From: Marsupella aquatica
Lineage: Eukaryota; Plantae; Marchantiophyta
DNA length: 64,000 bases
Assembly: GCA_973895155.1 (NCBI GenBank)
Contig: OZ316897.1
Coordinates: 3,177,416-3,241,415 of the forward strand
Direction: 5' to 3'
Shown here in pieces: positions 40,572 through 51,216 of this stretch (positions within the stretch are counted from its first letter, which is position 1; the number at the start of each line of letters is the position of its first letter). A program made the translations under genes and the position numbers. The notes beneath the pieces are model-generated. The model did not search any database. It worked only from the letters and a program-made list of their open reading frames with translations, and had not been told where the DNA came from.

Positions 40572-43500
40572 CTATACGAGGCAAAATACAAGAAGATTAC
40601 GTTTGAATTGATAAATGAAAATAAGTTTCTGAGGAATCATTGTGAGCGATTGGAAGAGGAGGTAAAATTACTCAGAAAACAAGAAGCTATAAGTGACACA
40701 TTTCCTGGACAAGATGCAAACGTTGTTGCTGAGGAATGTGAGGGTCTGCTAGCACTTCGAGGCACGACACCTGTAGATACTCAACCCGGAGCTGAGCAGG
40801 TGCAACATTGCGTGATTTCAGAGCCCACCTTTATTTCAGAGGGAGAGGCACCAAATGCAACAACAACATCCAAAGTTGAGGTACAAGATTCGGGGGAACC
40901 ATCAAAAGTTGAGGAACCAGGTGCAGAGGGAGAGGCACCAATGGTGGGACCAGCATCGCTAGTAGAGGTCCCAGCTGTAGAGGGAGAGGCGGAAATGGTT
41001 GGACCAGCATCACAAGTAGAGGTCCCAGCTGCAGAGGAGGACGCACCATCAGATGTGCCAGGTTCACCAACAATTTTTGTTCTTTTCAACACACCAAATA
41101 AGAGACAGCGATGGAGAGCTGGGCCGAGTCACACTCCGTCACCACCCAAGAAGAGAATATGTGTTGACCAGAGTACCCCATCACCACCCAGGGAGAAAGA
41201 TGTCGAATCCCAGACTCCATCGTACAAGTATTTGAATGCCTATTCAGATGAGGAGGACGTGGGTGAGGATGAGGACGAGGACGAGGATGAACCCAAGGAG
41301 GAGCGCTCTGAATCAGGGTCCAAAGGAGATAATGATGACCGATTGCTATTGATGGATCAAGACTGGCAAGAGGAGGCAATTCAGTGTGGAAAGGTAAGTG
41401 CTTCTAATCTAGACCTCTGTTTCAAGTTTGAGTTCAAGGATTTTAGGAACTGTTCCTTGATATGACCAAAGAGCGAAAACTTCAGACCATTATTGTACAA
41501 TTTTGTAGGAGGATATTGAAGGAAGTAATTTGACAGCAATGATGAGCCCCCCATCTGGTACAATGTCAGTAACTCTGTATCCCCACCAGCAGATTGGTCT
41601 TGCTTGGATGGTGGATAGGGAGTCAGGGAAGAGCTCTCCACTTGGAGGAATCTTGGCAGATGACCAGGTGATTATTAAATCCATTTTGTTTGGATTGGAA
41701 ACTCTGTGTGCACCCTCTGTCCGTCGCTTTCATTGTTTACAAGTGGGGTATTGGTAGTGGGGTATTGGGGTATTGGGGTATCAGTAGTGGGGTATTGGGG
41801 TATTGTTAGTGGGGTATTGGGGTATGTGCGTGGTCTTTTCGTTCCTTGTAAGCACAGAGTATGCTGAGTGTTTGTTTTGTTGATTTTTTGCAGGGAATGG
41901 GGAAGACACTCCATGTGATTGCCCTCATGATGACCAACCGGCCTCGAAATTGCGGGTCAACTCTTGTTGTTTGCCCATCTAGTGTGATAATTCAATGGGC
42001 CAAGGAAATCAACGATATGACCACTCAAGCTGCCAATTTGAGTGTTCTTGTGTACCACGGCAGTAGCAAGAAGAAGGACCCAAAGTACATTGCAACATTT
42101 GGGGTTGTCGTAACAACTTACGCCATTTTGTCAGCCAAGTCGAGCGTGGTTCCCAAGAAGCGGAAGTAAGGGTCACTGGTGCCTTTGACAATTAAACGGG
42201 CACCAGGTGCTTTCGAGCGGACCCGTGGTTCAGAGTGGTCCTAGACTAGTGTCATGTCATGAAGAATAGATCGAGCCAGTACTTTAAAGTAGCGTGTTGT
42301 CTCCCGGCGGAGAAAAGATGGTGCCTAAGTGGCACACCAATACAGAATGAACCTAAGGATCTCTTTCCTTATTTCAGGCTCCTGCAATACTGTCTTCTAC
42401 GCGAGTGGGGGGATTTCAACAAAATGTTGAAGATGATGAATGGTAGCACGAGTAAATCATATCAATTCCTATCTCGACACTTGGTGGCGATTACACTCAG
42501 ACAAACCAAAAGTAAGTATGTTGTAGTTGTTGACATCATTTGTCTGTTAGGTTGACTCTGATAGCGAATGATGCACTAATGGTCTCACTATGTTCATGTG
42601 TAGGCATTCTTCAGTTGCCAGTAAAGCACTCTCAGGTGGTAACAGTGGAATGGAGGACTGAAGCAGAACGTGACGCCTATTTTGATATGCAGGACCAGAT
42701 TGCTGTGATATTTAGGGTAAGGCACTTTGGAAGTGACTACGTACCCAATGTTGTTTAGTTTGCATCCCATCTAAGATCCTAACCTACTTAATTTTCTTGT
42801 ATTCTTTCTCCTGTTCCCTGGGCCCTCACTCCATGTAAAAGAAGTGGACCCCCTGCAATCGGGCCCTTTTTGTGTTTACCCCTTGTTATTTCCATTTTAC
42901 CATTAAAAGTTCCCTTATTACCGGTAATAATTATAATTATTAGTTCAAAATGAATAAAAACTACCCTTTGAGCGTTTGCACGTCCTCCACGTATTAGTTA
43001 AGACTGAGGACCCAGGGCTCCTGTTGTAAAAATATATAGAGGGCATCAAGGGGACTGCCGATCGGAATATGTTGTCCATACTTCTCCGGTTACGTCAATA
43101 TGCAGTGCACCCTAGCCTTCCTTTCCTCCAAGCAGCTGAAGATAAGAAGAAATCTGACGGCGTCCTCAGAGATGCTCTCAACCAACATGATCGAATCAAA
43201 TTATTGGCAGATCTCCAATCAGTCAACATGCAAAGTTAGTGCTTGTACAGAATGCAAGGTAAGTATCTTAGCTCTAAGTGCAATGGGGTATTGGGGTACG
43301 AGTGGGGTATTGGGGTACGAATGGCAATTTGGTCGAGCGATTGTTCCTACCTGCATGGTGTTCGTAATGTTGACATTGGACATTTGTTTGTGCAGTCAAA
43401 TTATGTTGGAGGTCCAATACATATTTCTCGTTGTGGCCACTTTTACTGTGGGTCTTGCGTGCTTCGAGGGCGAAAGGAAATCTTCACTTGCAAGTTCCCC

Positions 43501-44386
43501 AATTGTAGGAGAAAGGTGGGCGCTGCAAAACTTTACAGGAACGTAGACTTGTCAAGCAAGGAGGGTGATGGTGACGTCCTAGATGGATTGAAGTTTATTC
43601 AAACCCTTCCAACGACAACCTCTTCTGCCAAATTTGATGCAGTCATGACATACTTGAAGGGTATTCCAGAAGATACTACAAAGCCACTCACCAAGGAACC
43701 TCGCAAGGAACAATGTCATCCAAGAGAGAAGGCTCTTATGTTTTTGCAATGGACAAAATGTCTGGACTTGCTTGAGCCACACCTCACAAAGGCTGGCCTT
43801 CGGTTCACAAGGATTGATGGGTCAATGGCCCCAAAAAAGAGAGACAAGGTGCTTCACATGTTCAGCAAGACCCCTGAGGTGAGTCAAATTTGTCCATTTT
43901 TAGACAGCTAATGCATGTATACTTTCACATTATAATTGTAATGACCAATGTTTTCTATGGGCTATGTAGGTGAGCATCATTTTGCTTTCCTTGATGGCAA
44001 CATCTACAGGTCTCAACATAACTTGCGCAAATCATGTAGTTCTAGTAGACGGGTGGTGGAATCCCTGTGTGGAAGACCAGGCTGTGGACCGGGCACACCA
44101 TATTGGGCAGACAAAAGCAGTCACTGTTGCACGGTTTATTGCTAGGGATTCCATTGAGGTGAAGATATTGAAGCTACAGGTAATTCCCTGTACTAACTAT
44201 TACATCGAGTGTGCATTGTTTGTATATGGCTTTTATAATTAACCTGCTAGTTTTTGACTGCATTTCATGTGGATTGTGTTGATTGTGCATAACAAGAAGC
44301 GAAGGATGATTGGTCAGATTATGTATGGTGGTGTGAAAAAACAGGATGTATCACGAGAAGACATTGCCTACTTATTCGCAAGCTAG
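40572..44386 (+). pseudogene. 3' half of the cargo gene: coiled coil, acidic repeats, then RAD5/RAD16/Ris1-type SNF2 ATPase with RING finger, multi-exon
   Basis: LYPHQQIGLAWM (Q motif); GGILADDQ|GMGKT (Walker A, intron 41668-41893); TLVVCP; VVVTTY; WFRVVLD*CH (Walker B with stop at 42247); RWCLSGTPIQN; RING C..C/CGHFYCGSC/C...C; KALMFLQW; RIDGSM; GLNITCANHV; WWNPCVEDQAVDRAHHIGQ; stop at 44384-44386. Confidence 0.9.
42816..43017. mobile_element. 202-bp MITE of the CCCTGGGCCCTCA family in a SNF2 intron
   Basis: CCCTGGGCCCTCA...TGAGGACCCAGGG; perfect TSD CTCCTGTT at 42808-42815 and 43018-43025. Confidence 0.92.
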
Positions 44387-44800
44387 TGACAGCTCTCAGT
44401 CGGATTATGATTAGGTGTATATAGCTAGGGGTTCACTTGGCAACTCAGGAGCAAGCTATATATATAGCATGAGAAGTATGTAAGTAGAGTTACATTGTAC
44501 TACACACTGTGATTTTGTATATAAAGGACCGCACAGTCCATTTACCTGAGCGTACTTTTGTTTTGTACATTGCTGCATTTGGTTTCCCTCTCTTGGGATT
44601 TCATCATTTTCTTCTATAAACTAGTCAGGGGAAACAAACTTGTGGAATTCCACCGAGAAGTTAGGCTTCTTCGCACATTACCCTAAGGTACATAGGGAAT
44701 TTAGGGGCATACAGACACCTCCATGCCAAATGGATAAAACACCTCAGATAAAAAACCTCAGATAAAAAACCTATATCTCCTAACCCTGCATATCCTCCTT

Positions 44801-45143
44801 GTGACGGCAAGCCCATAACACATCGATCTAACGTGCAAGTAGTCAACACAAGATATATGTGGTTCACCACCTCGAGGCTACGTCACGGGAACACACTTTT
44901 AAGAGAGCTTTATTAAACTTTACTTTTAAGCCCGTCGGTCATATCAAGTCTCTATACAGTCTTAGCTCTCCTCATGTCTCAAGTGACTCCATAACAGTGA
45001 ACCTTAATTCCACTTATAACAGCAAGCATCGCTTAGAATATAGTGTGCAACTTAGTTAACCTAACCGTATTTCCAACCACAGTTAGTCTAATTTACGATT
45101 AATTACATGTCATAATTCTAAATATAAGAGTAAATACCTAACA
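44801..45143. mobile_element. Partial, diverged LTR of the Copia 2 family
   Basis: acggcaagcccat...gtggttcacc..gaggctacgtc...aagagagcttta...tagtgtgcaacttagtt...aagagtaaatacctaaca matches LTR 34018-34456; left terminus missing. Confidence 0.8.
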
Positions 45144-45293
45144 CTTTTGATGTTTGTTCAACTGGTTTTGAATTAGTAACTACACATTAATTTGTTATCG
45201 ATTAATTGGTGACATTCTTGGGTGTTTCAAACTCCCATAGCACATTTGCAAAAACAAATTAAGTGTCTGTTATGAAGTTGGACCTCCTAATTA

Positions 45294-45959
45294 CCCTAGG
45301 CCCCCAACATTATTAATAATGGGCTGAACGTGCGAACGGATGAAGGGTGCAAAAAATCTGATTTGAGATTAATTTTATAATTGGCTTAGAAATATCAAGG
45401 GATGGTTTTATTCAAAAACCCTTTCTAACTAATAAAGGCTTATATAAATGTCGCCCTAGTTAATATGCTTCAAGAGGTGATGTAATATGGATGTGACACG
45501 CGTCATAATAGGATTGGTCCTTGTGGCCACCCTTTATTGGAACATGTTTATATGACATATAATTATGCTTGCAACATCTATGATTCAGCTTAGTTTAGGA
45601 CTTTGGAGCTTTTGAATGTACCCTGACTACCCTGCCCTGTGGTTCAGAAATGCCCCAAAGTTGAAGTTTGGGGTTAAAGGGTCACGAACACAAAAATGTA
45701 TGTACCCAAAACCCCTCCAAAACACTCTCGTCAGTTTTAGAACAGTTTGCACATGATGAATTTATAAATTTTGAAGGCTTTCATAAATGGTGTAAAATGT
45801 GAAATTATAATATCTCAAAGGGGCAGATTTATTCTCCAAAATTAAGTTTTTAAGAATAACAAGAGAAATTTTTATAGGCTCCCAAAAATAATAAGGGGTA
45901 CTAGGGAGGGGGGTGTACGCACGTATACCTCTTTAGTTTACAAAGGCTGGGGCCCAAGG
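45294..45959. mobile_element. 666-bp non-autonomous TIR element, 8-bp TSD
   Basis: CCCTAGGCCCCCA...CTGGGGCCCAAGG; perfect TSD CCTAATTA at 45286-45293 and 45960-45967. Confidence 0.8.
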
Positions 45960-46610
45960 CCTAATTATCAAAGGTACTACTGACTGGGCTGCAATTGAGG
46001 TGTTTTATCTAAACTATGGAAATAATTGTCAAAAGTCTGGGATTTCCTAAGATAGGCCTGCCATATTAAATATATCATTATAACCATTGATAGGCGTCAG
46101 TCAGATTACCTTCAGTCTTGTTCATATTTCTAGATCTGTTGTATTTCCCTATTTATTAAAATACCAGATTTATTGGTTGACTAGTAAGATTATTGAAGAA
46201 CCCAGAGGGAACTTACTGCAGACATGGTTATTCCTTCATACACTGGGAAGTGGTCTGATGGGGTATTAATTGATTCACGTACTGGTTGCCTTGTTTTGGA
46301 AAGAAAAGAGAGATTGGAAAGAAAAGATAAACTGAACTGCTCCAGATTCATGAAGTGAGCATCTTTCATGCATGCTACGAACTAGCTCATATTTACCAGT
46401 GAATCTGGTTTTGGAATAAGGTTTTCCTCCGCTCACTACAAATAAAGTTTTACCAAGATAACCCATAAATTTAATTTATGGCGCTGCTTTCACGGTCTTG
46501 AGTCGGTCTAGTTACTAGTCTACAACATTGACTTTGAGTGTTCAGTGACTCTCAACCATTGAAACCAGATAATGTTTCCATACTCGCGTCATTTGTTTAC
46601 TGCCAATTAG

Positions 46611-46743
46611 GAGGTATTTGCTTGAATGATGGGACCCCTGAAGTTTTAAGTGCATTGAGTCAAGGTCAATCAACGGTCCGGATCACTGAGGGGTCCTATC
46701 AAGTAAAAATTTTCACATTGGGGTCCCATCAATCAAATACCTG
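46611..46743. mobile_element. 133-bp Mutator-like MITE
   Basis: ~25-bp TIRs (AGGTATTTG..GATGGGACCCC / GGGGTCCCATC..CAAATACCT), flanked by the 10-bp direct repeat TGCCAATTAG. Confidence 0.7.
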
Positions 46744-47393
46744 TGCCAATTAGGTAAAATATCCAGCCCCTAATTGATTAATCCACACCTGCCCCTATAA
46801 AGAGCTTTGGGTAACTCGTAGAACTTGTCATTATAAGTGCACAAGTTCAAGAATGTACTTGAGCTCCACAAAAGTGGTGAGTGCAAATTAAACTTTTATT
46901 GGCAAGTGCTCCACCTTTTATGGTGAGACACTATTCCCCACATGAGGGATGAAGAGTAGTACATAGTGAGGGGTTTTTACACCATATGTGTGGGTTAATT
47001 CCAGAACTGGCATTAGAAAGTGAACTTAGTTTTGGTATTTCATTTGGTAACATCACCTCAACGCAAGTGATCACTCAGAGCAGACTTTAGTATGACATAG
47101 TATTCACATAGTGGTTTAATTCCAAAATGGGCATTGAAAAGTGATTTGGTAACATCTCCACAACCCAAGTGACCAGGCACTGAGAGCAATTAGGGGCACT
47201 TTACAAACGGACGCGGTAGTTTAGAGGTTTTTAACAGATCTAAAACAGAGCCCAGGTTTTTATGTACGACTTGTGCTGCAGACCTGACCAAGGCATAAAA
47301 ATGGGTATATTGCTGTAGACTTGGTGTAAAGCAAATACAGACCGGGCAGGCTGAACCTTTACCATCCCAAACGTGATTCTGGTTACCATGTCA

Positions 47394-48045
47394 TGATGGA
47401 GCAGAGACATGTGTTACCTCCACGGGATGGGGTTTCTGATCGTCGTCGAGCAGATTTGGTATTCTCTCGCGTTGGTGTTCGTGCCCTTGGGGATGTGGTT
47501 GTTGCTGATCCGACTAGTGGGGCCAATGTGGCTTCGGCGGCTCATATACCAGGCCATGCCGCCGCGAGGGCAGCTCGGCTGAAGGAGGAGGCCTATGCTG
47601 TGCGGTACCCTGGGACCTCTTCTATCCGTTTGCCGTGGAGGTCTTTGGGGCGCTACACCCATCCTTTGACCGTTTTCTTCGCTCTTGCGCAGTTCAGTAC
47701 GTCGAGCGGAGGCCCTATCCCCTTGTGTCGGTCATCATTGCATTCTTTAGACAGAGGGTGTCTGTTGCGCTTCAGCGGGCACAGGCGTTCACTATTCTTC
47801 GTAGGGGGAGGCTGTTGGTCTTAGGGCCGCTAGTAGGATTCCTTTGCTTGACCCCCCCATGCAGTTCACACCGGAGCTTTACCAGGCTCTCCAGTTTGCT
47901 GATAGGTAGGCGCTTGAGTTCCTGTCTTTGGGTTTGTTTTTCTTGGCCCCTTGGTGGTCTCCCCCCTTGATTGGGTCTTTTGCCTGAGGGATCATGTCTC
48001 CCGGTTCGGCGCCCTCTGTTTTTTGGCAGTTTGATATATATAAAT
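47394..48045 (+). mobile_element. 5'-truncated non-LTR retrotransposon, restriction-like endonuclease (CRE/R2-type) C-terminus plus 3'UTR
   Basis: RRADLV...GDVVVADP...AARLKEEAY, then after a frameshift EVFGAL...FRQRVSVALQR, the PD-(D/E)xK-like RLE pattern. GC-rich island ending in a short AT tail. Confidence 0.7.
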
Positions 48046-48072
48046 TGACATGTAACCAGAGGAGATAGACAG

Positions 48073-48255
48073 CACATCCTTCATTCGAGCGTATTTAAGC
48101 TGGAGGTGGACAACACATCCTTCATTCGAGCGTATTTAAGCTGAAGGTGGACAACAGAATAGTTCATGTAGCTAATCTAAGTTTGAATCATTCGAGCGTA
48201 TTTAAGCTAGAGGTGGACAACGGAATAGTTCATGTAGCTAATCTAATTTTGAATG
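48073..48255. repeat. Short tandem array (3 copies of a ~32-bp core, 2 with an extension)
   Basis: tcattcgagcgtatttaagct..aggtggacaac three times; gaatagttcatgtagctaatctaa twice. Confidence 0.9.
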
Positions 48256-48282
48256 TCTGAAAGGCTGAATGCTTCAATGTCA

Positions 48283-49460
48283 TGAGAAAACTGTTTTCAG
48301 CTCAGAATACCTTTCTCTTTCAAAAAACGTTTTACACAAGAAAAGGTTCTTGGCTATCTACCCAAAATACTAATATGCCGACACGAAAAGATTGAATTCC
48401 CCCTTTCCTCTAGAGACTAACGAATTCGATCGCTAATTTCGGCCCCGATTTCGGCATGCTTCACAGTAAAAGGGTTTAAAGCGTCGGTTGTACCAAAGTT
48501 GAAGGTTCTTTTCACAAATTGCGTTACTTCGAACCACCGTACTCCTGATTAGATTGTAGATGAAACACAGTATCAAAATTTTGTAATAGTTTGACCATTT
48601 GGACATTGATAATTGTTAATACCATAGTTTTCCGACGTTCACTCTGACTTTCCTACGTACTGGGAGGTTCCCCTCCATCCCCCAGCTCAGATTTTCTTTG
48701 CATGTCATTGGTATACACTCCTAACTTTAAGATGGCGTTCCGACTAACCGTGACCAGCTAAGTTCTAGGTGTACGTGCACACACAGACCTCGTACCAGCC
48801 TCAGAAAGAAATTGAGTAGCACCATGATTGTCAATCCCGTGAGACCGAACTGTTGTGTTTCGATTAAGTTGCGACCTGGACACGAGTCACCACATCGAAC
48901 TTGATCGATAATAACTGATCGAGTGCGGCTTTCCATTGGATTCTATTATCACCTAGAATGGATTCTCCTGAACTTGAATCCAGTGTGATTGATCAGGCCT
49001 ACATTCTTGCTTGGCTAGGCCAAACTACTGTACTATTTTAATTAAGCCTCCTCATTCGCTCCTGTCGACATTCTGGGTTCTGGTAGACCTCGGACACCTG
49101 ATTGGATACTACGTCGTGTTTGATTCGCTCGGACATATCATCTGGCCGTCAATCTGGTTTCAATTGCAGTTCTAGCTCAACTTCAGCCGTCACTTCTGTC
49201 ATATGGCTGGAGGTAGACTTCGTTCTTATCGATCTGAACGCCGTGTTTGATTTGGTTCCGGCCGCTTCTGTGCTCGAATTTTTCTCTGGACTTTTGTGGA
49301 CCACGATCGATAATAGCAGTTGTTTAGAATCTTTTCTTCTAGCTGACGCTAGCTCCTGTCAATCCATTCTAGCAGACTTGAGTTTTCGAACCCCTACTTC
49401 CGTATCAAAATTGCTGTAGAAAAAATAGAATGCCGTTTACAGCAGATTCCCTCTCAAACA
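48283..49460. repeat. Second copy of the non-coding block at 12755-15900
   Basis: Colinear shared words as listed for 12755-15900, without the ~2-kb insertion. Confidence 0.8.
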
Positions 49461-51216
49461 ACTTGGAAGATCGATTTTACAAAAAAGTGCTCAAGTCGAG
49501 GGGCCGTTTTGACTGACGCAAATGAAAGGCGAACCAACCAAAAGAGTATCAAAGAATCAATGATTAAAAGTGTCAATGACAGAATACCCAATGGACGAGC
49601 CCAAACCAGATACCTGGACAGAACAAACTTTCACCTACTGTACTTACATAGGACTCACTGTTGCTTTGTGGAAGAACCAATTTTGGGGTCAACAGTCACC
49701 TGTTGCGGGGTTCGTGGGTGTGGTTTATCCGAACATTAATTTCTTTATTTTGGTGTTTAACTCCATAATACTACCGTGATCCTTGCCTGTGATACGTAAT
49801 TAATTAAGGTGCGTGGTCATTGTTGTTGCATCGACTTGGGTTTGTGAATAGCTTTCTGCCGTGCCTGTCTAAAGAGTCAGCGTACTTTGTATTTTTCTTA
49901 CACGTTGAAATGACAGTCTGATGGTATTCATACACCGTCCTTTGAGGCCGTTTTTCCCAATGGGGCCTACTGTTTGAAATCTATATACCAAGCCTTGACT
50001 ATCTGTTCTTTGAAACCAAATCGGCTGAGGTGAAGAGAAAAAACGATTTGTATAAAAATAGAATGATTCTTTCTTACATTGAGAATAATAGTCAAATAAT
50101 ACTTCTTGTAATAAGAATTGTCACCATTTCATATATCATAGGTACAGTACGTAGTTATCTACAGTAGCTTCTCTTCCTGAATTGTAAGCAAGCCGGGAAG
50201 CTAGCTCTAATGTGTCCTAGCCACTTTTCTCAGTTCGGAAAGTGCCAAAGTTTCAAATGAATGTGCAACTCCCATGTTTGGTGTCGATGCCATTGTTGAA
50301 CTTCGCCCAACATTTTTACGTGATAAGTATCAAAACAACCATTTACTTGGAAGGAGCTCAAGTAAAGCAGCACGCACTGGCTCAATCCTTACTCAATCTT
50401 CTATCGCTTTGACAGAAGCTTTCAATCAGAACGACATGCGAAGTCAAATTGGAAAAAGCTCCACTTTGCATGCACTTCATAAAACATTGGAGTCTTCTGT
50501 AGCGTTTGGTTTAATTGCTCATTCTTTCAGTCAGTTTTAAAAACATTTTCCTAAGCTTTCCAGAAAAGTATGTTTATTCAAAAAACCATCAAATTTGGTT
50601 TTGATGAAGTTGTTTTACATCAAAATAGATTATTCGTTCTTAAAGTTACATCTAATTACTGGACTAAAACGAAGATTAGTAAAGTAAAGCTGTATATTAG
50701 CCCATCATAAAGATTTGGAAAGCTCCATTGGAAATAAAAAGGGGAGATGTGTGCCCTGTTTCAAACTGGAGTCTACTATCATTTGTATGCAATGCTGAAA
50801 TGATCTATATACTGAACTTACACTAACTGGGCTGGACTTTTTGGTATACACAACTGTTGATTGAGATCAGTATAATTTCAATCTAAGGTTTTTGGGTTTA
50901 GCCATGGCTAATGTCAGCTTGCGTGAAGAATAAGATGTTAGGAATTTTACTTATCTAGTCAGATCTGAAGGATAACAGCCAGATTCTGGCTTATGGACGA
51001 CCAAAATACCTATTAGTTTAGCCAGAAGTAGATAAACGGGGGGGGGGGGGGGGGATGGAATCTTGCTAATATGGCCACTATAAACAACACTAAATAGAAA
51101 AAAAAGGGGTATATACCTCACAGAAGCATGTCATCCATGGTAGGACACATTTCTGACCTACTTCAAAATGTCAATTTAGCTAATTTTAGCCACTTACAAA
51201 AACGCTGATCGAGGCA

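Noticed and set aside
51038-51054. Poly-G run downstream of ICS as a retrocopy tail
   Set aside because: It reads poly-C on the gene strand, not poly-A; it is a simple homopolymer.
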